In this document: positions 27,891 through 36,973 of the stretch, piece by piece
Layout: every line of letters begins with the position of its first letter
Numbering within the stretch: the first letter of the stretch is position 1
Assembly: GCA_934085875.1 (NCBI GenBank)
Contig: CAKOHQ010000002.1
Coordinates: 1-57,938 of the forward strand
Length of the DNA: 57,938 bases
Direction of reading: 5' to 3'
Origin: an uncultured Bacilli bacterium
Lineage (GTDB): Bacteria > Bacillota_I > Bacilli_A > RF39 > UBA660
Notes under the pieces: generated by a model
What the model saw: the letters and a program-made list of their open reading frames with translations, nothing else
What the model was told of the DNA's origin: nothing
Databases searched by the model: none
Made by a program: the position numbers and the translations under genes

Positions 27891-27952
27891 ATTTATTTGT
27901 TGAACCAAATCCAGCTATTCTTCCACCAGTTGCATCATCATCTAAAGTTATT
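27866..27952. repeat. direct repeat copy A (terminator plus dut 3' end)
   Basis: Near-identical to 28526-28613, with a handful of mismatches. Confidence 0.85.
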
Positions 27953-28470
27953 ATGTATTTACAAATTATTTTATTTGTATCATTATCAATTACTTTACTA
28001 TCTAATATTCCCCCATTTTTCAAAATAACTTTTTTTGAAAAAATATTATCATTATAACAAGTTATTAAAATTTTTTTTACATACATTTTTTTATATTTAT
28101 TTAAAGCCAATTTTAATGCATTTGTTGCAATTTTATTATTTCTTTTAGAAGGTTTAATGTAATAAGCTATATGTCCATATTTTTCAAAATAACTTTTATT
28201 TAATTTGTGACGTAAATCTATTGTTCCAACAATTTCATTTTCAAAGATTATCCAATAAATAGTTGAAGGAACATCACATCTTGCTATATTTTTTCCAAAT
28301 CTTCTATTATTAACTCTTTTTAACATTAAATTAAATGTTTCATTATCTCTTATTAAAGAATTTCCCATCTCTTTATAATCGCCATAATCATAAGCTTCTT
28401 TAATTAGAAAATTGTAGCTTTCTTCATATTTCTTTGTAGGTAGTATCAGTTTTAGTTGCACCATAAACAT
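27889..28470 (-). CDS. GNAT family acetyltransferase whose last ~18 codons come from a duplicated dut 3' end
   Basis: GNAT core (IVGTIDLRHKLN...YGHIAYYIKPSKRNNKIATNALKLAL), then DDDATGGRIAGFGSTNK. Compare the dUTPase tail DDDDATGERIGGFGSTNK. Confidence 0.7.
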   Translation of the reverse strand: MFMVQLKLILPTKKYEESYNFLIKEAYDYGDYKEMGNSLIRDNETFNLMLKRVNNRRFGKNIARCDVPSTIYWIIFENEIVGTIDLRHKLNKSYFEKYGHIAYYIKPSKRNNKIATNALKLALNKYKKMYVKKILITCYNDNIFSKKVILKNGGILDSKVIDNDTNKIICKYIITLDDDATGGRIAGFGSTNK

Positions 28471-28525
28471 CTCCTTTAATATATATTAACGTTAAAATAT
28501 TAATACGTCAACTTTTACTTTGAAT

Positions 28526-28613
28526 AAAAAAATGTACTGCGCGTACATTTTATTTATTTGTTGAACCAAATCCACCTATTCTTTCACCAGTTGCATCATC
28601 ATCATCAGTTATT
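28526..28613. repeat. direct repeat copy B (terminator plus the authentic dut 3' end)
   Basis: See copy A. It includes a second copy of the terminator hairpin at 28528-28550. Confidence 0.85.
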
Positions 28614-29008
28614 AAGAACTTTTGAAAATAAGCTTGAGCTATTTTATCGCCTTTTTTTATTTCTACATCAGTATCTTTTATATTTATACATTGTACAAAT
28701 ATGTGACCTTCATTATCAATATTATTATAATAATCACTATCTATTACTCCCATACTATGAGGAAACATTATCCCTTGTTTTTTTGGTCCACTAGAACGTG
28801 GTAAAATCATTAAAACTTCATCATCCAACATATAAGCTTTTAAACCTGTAGGAATGAGCGTAGGTTTCAGCCCAATTTTAAATGATGGAATAACCATATC
28901 ACAAGCAGCTTCTATATCATACGCAGCACTATGTGCCGTACTTCTTTTTGGCAAATTTATATTTTTATTTTCATATTCTTTAACTATTTCAAATCCTCTT
29001 TGTTTCAT
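28550..29008 (-). CDS. dut: dUTP diphosphatase (trimeric dUTPase)
   Basis: AAYDI, PRSSG, GVIDSDY and the motif V sequence RIGGFGSTNK. Confidence 0.9.
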   Translation of the reverse strand: MKQRGFEIVKEYENKNINLPKRSTAHSAAYDIEAACDMVIPSFKIGLKPTLIPTGLKAYMLDDEVLMILPRSSGPKKQGIMFPHSMGVIDSDYYNNIDNEGHIFVQCINIKDTDVEIKKGDKIAQAYFQKFLITDDDDATGERIGGFGSTNK

Positions 29009-29009
29009 C

Positions 29010-29504
29010 TTACACCTCTATTAATTCTATATTATTTGTCTTTAAACTTTTTTTAATATCTATTACTCTTTGATTAGATGAACCTCTATATTTTAAAGTA
29101 AAATCATGTAATTCATCTTTATATACACCATCTACTAACACATCTATATAATTTAATATTTCAAAATTATTTAAATTTTTATCAAATAAGAATCCAGTCC
29201 AAACCCATATATTCTTATCTGGATAAATACTTTTAAACTTTTTAGCAAGTTTAGTTGTTCCTTCAATATTTTTTGGATGAAGTGGCTCACCACCTAATAT
29301 AGAAAGTCCAACAATATAATCTGGTTTTGCGAGTTCTATAACCTTATTAATTACTTCATCAGTGAATTCTTTGCCTCCGTTAAAATCATGAGTTTCTTTA
29401 TTAAAACAATTTTTACAATTAAATGTACAACCTTGCATAAATATTGATACTCTTATACCAGGACCGTTTGATATATCCATTTTTCTAATTTTATTATATC
29501 TCAT
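29010..29504 (-). CDS. nrdG: anaerobic ribonucleoside-triphosphate reductase activating protein
   Basis: SNGPGIRVSIFMQGCTFNCKNCFN, downstream of nrdD. Confidence 0.92.
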   Translation of the reverse strand: MRYNKIRKMDISNGPGIRVSIFMQGCTFNCKNCFNKETHDFNGGKEFTDEVINKVIELAKPDYIVGLSILGGEPLHPKNIEGTTKLAKKFKSIYPDKNIWVWTGFLFDKNLNNFEILNYIDVLVDGVYKDELHDFTLKYRGSSNQRVIDIKKSLKTNNIELIEV

Positions 29505-29506
29505 AA

Positions 29507-31666
29507 TTATTCCTCAGAATCTTTATTATCTATATGTATTACTCTTTCTTTTATTTCTTGTGTTCTTCCTTTGTTCCAGAAATTAGTTCCAATATAACCA
29601 CAAGTACGTCTTGCAACATTTAATTTATCATGATCTCTATTACCACAATTAGGACAATACCATTCTAATTTGTCATCTAAAAGTATTTCACCTTCATAAC
29701 CACATTCTTGACAATAATCACTCTTTGTATTTAATTCAGCATACATAATATTATCATATATGAATTTAATTACTTCCATAACTGCATCTAAGTTATTAGT
29801 TAAATTTGGTGTTTCTATATAACTTATTGCACCACCTGGAGATAATTTTTGAAATTCACTTTCTAATTTTAATTTAGTAAATGCATCTATTTCTTCAAAT
29901 ACAGGCACATGATATGAATTAGTAATATAATCTCTATCTGTAATACCTTTAATTACACCAAAACGGTCTTTTAAACATTTTGCAAATTTATATGTAGTTG
30001 ATTCGATAGGAGTTCCGTAAACACTATAATCTATCTTTTCAGTTTCTTTCCATTCGTTACATTTATCATTCATTTTTTTCATTACTTCTATTGCAAAATC
30101 GTGTCCCTTACCACCATCTGTATGACTATGACCTGTCATATATTTAACACATTCATAAAGTCCTGCATATCCTAAAGATATTGTTGAATAACCATCATGT
30201 AATAAATCATGAATAGATTCTCCCTTCTTAAGTCTTGCTAGAGCTCCATGTTGCCAAAGTATCGGTGCAACATCACTAGTTGCTTTACTTAATCTTTTAT
30301 GTCTTATTTGTAAGGCTCTATGACACATCTCTAATCTATCTTCAAATATCTTCCAAAAGTCTTCCATATCTTTATCACTTGATAATGCAACATCTACTAA
30401 ATTGATTGTAACAACACCTTGATTAAATCTACCATAGTATTTTGGTTTTCCATTTTTATCAACGTATGGTGTTAAGAATGAACGACATCCCATACATGGA
30501 TAACAATTTCCATTTCCATTCTTATCTATTTTCATTTCTTTCATAACTTTTTCAGAAATATAATCCGGTACCATACGTTTAGCAGTACACTTACAAGCAA
30601 GTTCTGTTAAATAATAATATTTTGAACCTTCTTTAATGTTATCTTCTTCAAGTACGTATAAAAGCTTAGGAAATGCTGGAGTAATATATACACCTTTTTC
30701 ATTCTTCATACCTAATATTCTTTGATTTAAAACTTCTTCTATTATCATCGCAAGTTCATCTTTATATTCCTCTGTCTCTCCTAAATACATACATACACTT
30801 AAGAAAGGTGCTTGTCCATTAGTTGTAGTCATAGAATTAATTTGATATTGAAAAGTTTGTACTCCATCAGTTATTTCTTTCTTTAAATCTTCCTTAGCAT
30901 ATTTTTCACATTCTGCTTTAGTAAATTTGCGTTTCTTATATTTGTCTAAATATTTATTATAACTATCTCTTACGAATGGTGCTAAATGTGTTAAAGTTAT
31001 AGTACAGCCTCCATATTGACTACTAGATACTGCTGTAATAAGTTGTGTTGCAATAGTCATTGCAGTTAAGAATCTATGTGGTTTTTCTATCATAACACCA
31101 TTAATATTAGTACCATTTTGTAACATATCTTCTAGATTAATTAAATCACAATTATGTAAAGCATTTTGAGCAAAATAATCCGCATCATGGAAATGAATTA
31201 TACCATCATCATGAGCTTGAACTATATCTTCTGGAAGTAAAAATCTTCTTGTTATATCAGTAGAAGTAATACCAGCTAAATAATCTCTTTGTGTAGTAAC
31301 TACTTTAGCATTCTTATTAGAATTTTCAGTATTCCAATATTCATTTTCTCCATCTATTAGCTCTTTTATAGCTAAATCAGTAGTATTACTACGTCTAACT
31401 AATTCTCTTGTATATCTATAAGTAATATATTTCTTAGCAAGTTCATATTTACCAATAGACATCAATTTCATTTCAATAATATCTTGTATATCTTCAACTA
31501 ATATTCTTTTTTTATTTAATCTTTCTATATACTTAATAATATTTTTTATTTGAGTACTGGAAGCTTGGTCTTCTTCCTCTACTTCAATATTTGCTTTATT
31601 AATAGCAATTTCAACTTTTTCTGGACACCAATCAACCATATGTCCGTCTCTTTTAATAACCTTCAT
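29507..31666 (-). CDS. nrdD: anaerobic ribonucleoside-triphosphate reductase (class III)
   Basis: 719 aa with an ATP-cone N-terminus, a Zn-ribbon (CQECGYEGE...CPNCGN) and the glycyl-radical motif RRTCGYIG. Confidence 0.95.
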   Translation of the reverse strand: MKVIKRDGHMVDWCPEKVEIAINKANIEVEEEDQASSTQIKNIIKYIERLNKKRILVEDIQDIIEMKLMSIGKYELAKKYITYRYTRELVRRSNTTDLAIKELIDGENEYWNTENSNKNAKVVTTQRDYLAGITSTDITRRFLLPEDIVQAHDDGIIHFHDADYFAQNALHNCDLINLEDMLQNGTNINGVMIEKPHRFLTAMTIATQLITAVSSSQYGGCTITLTHLAPFVRDSYNKYLDKYKKRKFTKAECEKYAKEDLKKEITDGVQTFQYQINSMTTTNGQAPFLSVCMYLGETEEYKDELAMIIEEVLNQRILGMKNEKGVYITPAFPKLLYVLEEDNIKEGSKYYYLTELACKCTAKRMVPDYISEKVMKEMKIDKNGNGNCYPCMGCRSFLTPYVDKNGKPKYYGRFNQGVVTINLVDVALSSDKDMEDFWKIFEDRLEMCHRALQIRHKRLSKATSDVAPILWQHGALARLKKGESIHDLLHDGYSTISLGYAGLYECVKYMTGHSHTDGGKGHDFAIEVMKKMNDKCNEWKETEKIDYSVYGTPIESTTYKFAKCLKDRFGVIKGITDRDYITNSYHVPVFEEIDAFTKLKLESEFQKLSPGGAISYIETPNLTNNLDAVMEVIKFIYDNIMYAELNTKSDYCQECGYEGEILLDDKLEWYCPNCGNRDHDKLNVARRTCGYIGTNFWNKGRTQEIKERVIHIDNKDSEE

Positions 31667-31721
31667 TTTTTACCTCTCCTATCTTCATGACAAAATCATA
31701 CAATAATTTTTATAATTAATA

Positions 31722-31739
31722 TTGTTGCAATTGCAACAA
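31722..31739. promoter_or_regulatory. perfect 18-bp palindrome in the nrdD / crp-fnr divergent intergenic region (candidate operator)
   Basis: TTGTTGCAATTGCAACAA. It contains TGTTG-N6-CAACA (CRP-like spacing) and TTGTT...AACAA ends (Rex-like). Confidence 0.45.
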
Positions 31740-31777
31740 ATACAAAAAAATGATATTATTTAACTAGGTGATGTAAA

Positions 31778-32422
31778 TTGAATAATTTATTTAATAATAT
31801 TACTGATAATAATAAAGAAAAAATATTAAAATCATTAGAAGGTAATACTCTGCATTTTAAAAGAAACAATACAATATTAACCAATATAAAAAAAGATAAT
31901 ATAATAGGAATTATATTAGAAGGATATATTCAAATAGTTAAAACGGATTATAATGGAAATAGAACTATAATAGAAGATTTATATGAAAATGATATATTTT
32001 CTTCTAAAATGTCTAATATATCAAATAACGAATATAGTGTTATTACAAAAGAAGATACCAAAGTAATAATTATATACTTTAATGAAATATTAAATAATGA
32101 TTTAAATACATCATACTATAATCAATTTTTAAAAAATTTACTTTATATTATGTCAGATAAAATGACTAATATAAATAATAGAATAGAAATATTGTCTAAT
32201 AAAACTATAAGAAATAAATTACTTGCATATTTTAAAATAATGTCTAAAAAAAATAATTCAAAAATAATATATTTACCCTATACTTTTATAGATTTAGCAG
32301 ATTATTTAGGTGTTGATAGAAGTGCAATGTATAGAGAACTTAGAAATTTGAAAGAAGAAGGTTTAATAACAATTGTAAATAAAAAAATAATATTAAATTT
32401 TTACGAAGAACAATTTATATGA
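31778..32422 (+). CDS. Crp/Fnr family transcriptional regulator
   Basis: 214 aa with a cNMP-binding-like beta-barrel N-terminus and a C-terminal HTH (LADYLGVDRSAMYRELRNLKEEGLI). Confidence 0.8.
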   Translation: MNNLFNNITDNNKEKILKSLEGNTLHFKRNNTILTNIKKDNIIGIILEGYIQIVKTDYNGNRTIIEDLYENDIFSSKMSNISNNEYSVITKEDTKVIIIYFNEILNNDLNTSYYNQFLKNLLYIMSDKMTNINNRIEILSNKTIRNKLLAYFKIMSKKNNSKIIYLPYTFIDLADYLGVDRSAMYRELRNLKEEGLITIVNKKIILNFYEEQFI

Positions 32423-32445
32423 TAAAATATATTTGGTGATATAAA

Positions 32446-33633
32446 ATGAAAGAAAAATATGCAGATTTGTTATTAAAAAGATGCCTAAATTTAAAATGTA
32501 CTGATAGTTTATTAATAAATGCTCCAATTGATTCAATAGAATTTATTAGATTATTAACTAAAAAAGCATATGAAATTGGTATTAAAGATATATATTTAGA
32601 TTTAGAAGATGAAGAGTTAAAACATAATGAATTAAAATATTTATCTAATGATGAATTAAGAAATAGCAAAAGTTTTAATAAAGAAATATTTGATATATAT
32701 GCAAAGAAAAATGCTGCATTCTTAATGTTATGTGGTGAAAATCCAGATACAATGAATGATATTGATAAAGATAAAATAAATTTTACAGGAAAATTATTAA
32801 GAGAAAGCAAACCAATATTTAAAGAAAAAGAAATTATATACGAAATACCATGGTGTATTGCTTTAATTCCAACTCATAGGTATGCAAAAAAAGTATTTCC
32901 AAACGATGTAGATGCTTATGATAAATTATGGAATTTAATTTTAAAAATAACATTATGTGATAAAAGTAATCCAATAGAAGAATGGAATAAAAAAATAGAA
33001 TTAAATAAAAAAAGAGTAAAAATATTGAATGATTTAAAAATAAAATCATTAACGTATTCTAATAAATTAGGCACTAATTTTAATATTGGTTTTACTGATA
33101 ATATGTGGTGTGGATCTGATACGGTTAGTAAAGATGGACGTAATTTGATAGTAAATATGCCAACCGAAGAAATATTTACAACACCTAACAAGTATACAGC
33201 AAATGGTATTGTTTATGCATCACGTCCCCTAGTCTATAATGGTTCATTAATTAATAATTTCTGGATAAAATTTAAAGATGGTAAAGTTATTGATTATGAT
33301 GCAGAAACAGGAAAAGAAACCTTAAAAAGTATTATAAATATAGAAAATGGAGATTATTTAGGAGAAGTAGCATTAGTAGATAAAACTAGTCCAATTTTCG
33401 AGTCAAATACTATATTTTATGAAACATTATATGATGAAAATGCAAGTTGTCATTTAGCTTTAGGACAAGGTTTTACAGAATGTATAGATACAGTTAAAGA
33501 ATTAAATGATATTGGTTTTAATGATTCATTAACTCATGTAGATTTTATGATTGGTACCGAAGACTTAAATATAATTGCCGATTGCAATAAAGGTAAAATT
33601 AAAATAATGGAAAATGGAAAATTTACAATATAA
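32446..33633 (+). CDS. aminopeptidase, M29 family (AmpS/PepS-like)
   Basis: 395 aa with the typical motifs EEIFTTP, GEVALV, YDENASCHLALG and HVDFMIG. Confidence 0.85.
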   Translation: MKEKYADLLLKRCLNLKCTDSLLINAPIDSIEFIRLLTKKAYEIGIKDIYLDLEDEELKHNELKYLSNDELRNSKSFNKEIFDIYAKKNAAFLMLCGENPDTMNDIDKDKINFTGKLLRESKPIFKEKEIIYEIPWCIALIPTHRYAKKVFPNDVDAYDKLWNLILKITLCDKSNPIEEWNKKIELNKKRVKILNDLKIKSLTYSNKLGTNFNIGFTDNMWCGSDTVSKDGRNLIVNMPTEEIFTTPNKYTANGIVYASRPLVYNGSLINNFWIKFKDGKVIDYDAETGKETLKSIINIENGDYLGEVALVDKTSPIFESNTIFYETLYDENASCHLALGQGFTECIDTVKELNDIGFNDSLTHVDFMIGTEDLNIIADCNKGKIKIMENGKFTI

Positions 33634-33648
33634 AAACTAAGTATTATA

Positions 33649-34329
33649 TTATATTTTTTTACTTAGTTTTTTTGTTAAATAATTATAAGCATCCAAACTA
33701 TCATTTATCATTTTTTCTTTCATTTTTTTGTTTCTAATATTCTCAGTTAAATATTTTAAATATGAAAATGCATTCTTTTTCAAAGTCTCATTATCAAACT
33801 CATTTGGTAAATCAAATAATTCTTTATAATAGTCTTCTTTTGTTTTTGTTTTACTCATTACCTTCTTTAACTCTCTTTCTAAAGTCATACTTTTATCAAA
33901 AAAATTAATTATATCTGCTATTACAGATAAATAACTACTTTTTAAGATTTCACTAACATTTGTCATTATATTATATTTAATTTCATCAATATCATAATAA
34001 TCAGGCATATCTTTATTATCTAATATATAATCGTAATCATAATCTAATTCAATGTTAGAATTATTATTTACTATACTTATATTTTTTCTACGATATAAAA
34101 TCATATAATTTGTTTTTTTATCTTTTAATCCTATATATTCAGAACTTTCTACAAATTCATCTAATGTTATATAATTTTCTTTCAAAGTTTCATAGTGTAT
34201 TTTGCTTATTTTTAAATCAAAATCACATATTTCAAGCATTAATATACTATCTAATAATTTAAATCCTATATAAAAATTAGAAGAATCATGTTCATCAATA
34301 TTTTTTTTAATATAAATATTATAATTCAT
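33649..34329 (-). CDS. hypothetical protein
   Basis: 226-aa ORF. The C-terminal stretch DYYKELFDLPNEFDNETLKKNAF...AYNYL is faintly J-domain-like but lacks HPD. Confidence 0.35.
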   Translation of the reverse strand: MNYNIYIKKNIDEHDSSNFYIGFKLLDSILMLEICDFDLKISKIHYETLKENYITLDEFVESSEYIGLKDKKTNYMILYRRKNISIVNNNSNIELDYDYDYILDNKDMPDYYDIDEIKYNIMTNVSEILKSSYLSVIADIINFFDKSMTLERELKKVMSKTKTKEDYYKELFDLPNEFDNETLKKNAFSYLKYLTENIRNKKMKEKMINDSLDAYNYLTKKLSKKI

Positions 34330-34391
34330 AATAAAACCTCACTTAAAATAAAAATTGTTTTTAGAATATCACATCTTTACAAGATATTCAA

Positions 34392-35258
34392 TTATTTAAT
34401 TAAAATTTTCTTATATTCTTTAAAACTTTCTACTATTTCTGTATCTTTTATATTTAATTTATTCATTATAAAACTTATGTCTTGATTAGGATATTGATTA
34501 ATTATATCTAACACTTTTAATACATTTTCAAAACTACATCCATTATTTTTAATAAATGGTACTGCTAAAAGTATTGCGATACAGTATTCTAAGTCAACCG
34601 TATATTTAAGTCTATTTTGTTTTTTAAACATCTTAAGTGTTATTTCTTTTAAAATACTAATATCTTCTAATCTGTCAGATAAATCTCCTAATTTATATTT
34701 TGATGCAAATGATAATTCTCCTAATATACTTGGAAATTCTGCATATTTTTCTGATATATTTTCTAAATGAAGTAGTTCGTGTAATAAAGTTACATTTTCT
34801 TTGCTATAAAGCATAATAATATTTTGTGTTCTTAATGGTAAACACGCATTTAAATCTGGATCACTAGTTTTAATAAAATAAACGTTACTAATAAGTGACA
34901 AATATTTTTTATATCCTATATAATCAATTAATAAATCAGTATTCTTACATTTTTTATATCCTACAAATATTGTTGTGTCTATATGACTTACTATTTCTTT
35001 CATAAACTCAAATTCACTTTCATTAAATTTTTGTTCTTCTTTAAAGTCTTGATATTTTAACCATTCTCTATATTTTTTTCTAAAATTTTTATCAACAATC
35101 ATCTGTTTTGATATAATTAAATTTGCTAATAATCTTTTATTATATTTATTATCATTCAAATCTTTATGTATATCAAAAATATCATAAACAATATTTTCAT
35201 CTTTAGTAAAATCACTTTTTCTGAAACAATCTCTCATGTATAAAAATAATTCTTCCAT
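34392..35258 (-). CDS. hypothetical protein with an HExxH motif (HELLH)
   Basis: 288-aa ORF with VTLLHELLHLENISEKYAEFPSILGELSF. Confidence 0.35.
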   Translation of the reverse strand: MEELFLYMRDCFRKSDFTKDENIVYDIFDIHKDLNDNKYNKRLLANLIISKQMIVDKNFRKKYREWLKYQDFKEEQKFNESEFEFMKEIVSHIDTTIFVGYKKCKNTDLLIDYIGYKKYLSLISNVYFIKTSDPDLNACLPLRTQNIIMLYSKENVTLLHELLHLENISEKYAEFPSILGELSFASKYKLGDLSDRLEDISILKEITLKMFKKQNRLKYTVDLEYCIAILLAVPFIKNNGCSFENVLKVLDIINQYPNQDISFIMNKLNIKDTEIVESFKEYKKILIK

Positions 35259-35357
35259 ATAAATTCCCCTTTATGCATAAAAGATATATTAACATATTTT
35301 AGTATAAAGTCAAGAAAAAAACAAATTCAGTAATTTTGAATTTGTTTGTATTTCAAA

Positions 35358-35434
35358 TGGTAGCGGCGGAGAGGGTCGAACTCCCGACCTACCGGGTATG
35401 AACCGGTCGCTCTAGCCAACTGAGCTACACCGCC
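35358..35434 (-). tRNA. tRNA-Met (CAU), elongator type
   Basis: The reverse complement GGCGGTGTAGCTCAGTTGGCTAGAGCGACCGGTTCATACCCGGTAGGTCGGGAGTTCGACCCTCTCCGCCGCTACCA folds as a cloverleaf. It closely resembles Bacillus elongator tRNA-Met as I recall it. Confidence 0.88.
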
Positions 35435-35487
35435 ATCGATAAGAACAAATTAATTATAACAAATATAACTTGTTCTTGCAAGCATTT

Positions 35488-35679
35488 TTATTCTTCATTA
35501 TCTTTTTTTATTTCAATAACTTCTTTTCCTTTATAATTACCACATTCTGTACATGCTCTATGAGGTTTGATAACTGCACCACATTTTGTACAAGTTGTCA
35601 TTCCTGGTAATTCTTTCTTTAAATGAGTACGACGCATTCTCTTTTTAGTTTTACTTGTTCTTCTAAATGGAACTGCCAT
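35488..35679 (-). CDS. rpmF: 50S ribosomal protein L32
   Basis: [19 protein letters not shown]..., with CxxC...CxxC. Confidence 0.95.
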   Translation of the reverse strand: MAVPFRRTSKTKKRMRRTHLKKELPGMTTCTKCGAVIKPHRACTECGNYKGKEVIEIKKDNEE

Positions 35680-35697
35680 AATATCACTCCTTCCTTA

Positions 35698-36111
35698 TTA
35701 TTCACTTATTAATTCCCATCCATCCCCAGATGTGTTGGAAGGTTTTATATCTTTAGACACAACACGAATGGGAATTTCCAATACAATATTCTCCCATAAA
35801 ACTGGAGATATTTCAAGTGTATTTTTATTATTTTTGTAAATTTCTTCAAATTTTCCTATATTTTCTTCAATACTAGTATCAAAATCATATGGTACATCAA
35901 CTAATGAAACAGCGCAAGGTAAAATCATTCTACCAGTAATTTTTAATTCAAAATTAATATTATCTTCATAATCTACGTTGATTAATCCAGAAACGTGTAA
36001 ATTTTCCAGTTTTCTAATATCAGTATTCTTATAATAAGATTCATCAATATTAAAATCACTATCAACTTCTATTTTACCAAATCTATTTAAATAATTTAAA
36101 TCTATTTTCAT
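35698..36111 (-). CDS. YceD/DUF177 family protein (large-subunit accumulation protein)
   Basis: 137 aa, immediately upstream of rpmF as in many bacteria, with an acidic C-terminus. Confidence 0.65.
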   Translation of the reverse strand: MKIDLNYLNRFGKIEVDSDFNIDESYYKNTDIRKLENLHVSGLINVDYEDNINFELKITGRMILPCAVSLVDVPYDFDTSIEENIGKFEEIYKNNKNTLEISPVLWENIVLEIPIRVVSKDIKPSNTSGDGWELISE

Positions 36112-36320
36112 TACATCATTTTATTCATTTGTTGCATTAATTGTTTTACTTGTTTTTGACTCGGTTTTCTACCCATACCACTCATCAAAGTTTCAATCAT
36201 TTTCTCATTTATAGGTGGATTCTTTTTAAAATATTTTTGCATATAATTCTTTGCTATAAAAAAACCTGCTAACCCACCTATTATTAATCCTACAAGTACC
36301 AATAATATATCATGTAACAT
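36111..36320 (-). CDS. UPF0154 (YneF-like) small membrane protein
   Basis: An N-terminal TM helix, then [43 protein letters not shown], typical of YneF. Confidence 0.8.
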   Translation of the reverse strand: MLHDILLVLVGLIIGGLAGFFIAKNYMQKYFKKNPPINEKMIETLMSGMGRKPSQKQVKQLMQQMNKMM

Positions 36321-36373
36321 AATATCCCTCCTCTTTTAAATTATACTAGATATAACGTATTTTTACAAGAAGT

Positions 36374-36823
36374 TTATTTCAATTTATCTTTAACAATGGC
36401 AAACTTATTTTTATTAAAATAATTATAATATTCGTTTATAAAATCACATACAAATAATTCTGTTAAATCTTTTAAATTATATAAAAAAACATTATCTAAT
36501 TCATTACTTTTTATTCTAATATGACTTTTATATATGATCATTTTACTCTCTTCTCCACTAAAATAATTATGATACATATGCGTATTTTTAAATTTAGTAT
36601 ATAATTCGTCATTTTTTAGTCTATCATAAATATATTTATTAAAAAAATCTATATTGATTGGCAAACATATTTCATTGAATAAATCAAACGCAGCCATTAC
36701 ATTTTTTTCTTTATAACCATAAATACTTTTAAATAGTGCATATAGATTACTAGGATTATTTATACCAATTAAACTATAATTTTTATTAATTTTAAATATA
36801 TAAAAAGTTTTCAATATAATCAC
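36374..36823 (-). CDS. hypothetical protein, possibly SirA (YneE)-like by size and synteny
   Basis: 149 aa, directly upstream of the yneF-like gene as sirA is in B. subtilis. Sequence similarity could not be verified by eye. Confidence 0.3.
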   Translation of the reverse strand: MIILKTFYIFKINKNYSLIGINNPSNLYALFKSIYGYKEKNVMAAFDLFNEICLPINIDFFNKYIYDRLKNDELYTKFKNTHMYHNYFSGEESKMIIYKSHIRIKSNELDNVFLYNLKDLTELFVCDFINEYYNYFNKNKFAIVKDKLK

Positions 36824-36973
36824 CTAAATAACTATATCAAAAACTTATTATTTATTTTGTCGAAGCTTGTTTTTAAGACATTATTAATATATTTTTAAAA
36901 TTACAAATCACTAGATTAATCAATTAAATTATACACAAACTAAAAAGAACAAATCATTGTTCTTCTACTCAAA

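Noticed and set aside
28558-28804. Plus-strand ORFs 28558..28794 and 28622..28804
   Set aside because: They are antisense to dut. Their His/Leu/Tyr-rich nonsense translations have no independent support.
31667-31777. NrdR boxes upstream of nrdD
   Set aside because: I looked for the ACACwAtATaTwGTGT-type tandem boxes and saw no convincing match. Only the 18-bp palindrome reported above stands out.
32415-33191. Minus-strand ORFs 32415..32810, 32834..33049 and 32916..33191
   Set aside because: They are antisense to the well-conserved M29 aminopeptidase gene.
35358-35434. Calling the CAU tRNA an initiator tRNA-fMet
   Set aside because: The acceptor end is not a C1:A72 mismatch, and the anticodon stem (ACCGG/CCGGT) lacks the three consecutive G:C pairs of initiators. 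The sequence resembles Bacillus elongator tRNA-Met. A lysidine-modified tRNA-Ile2 cannot be strictly excluded from sequence alone.
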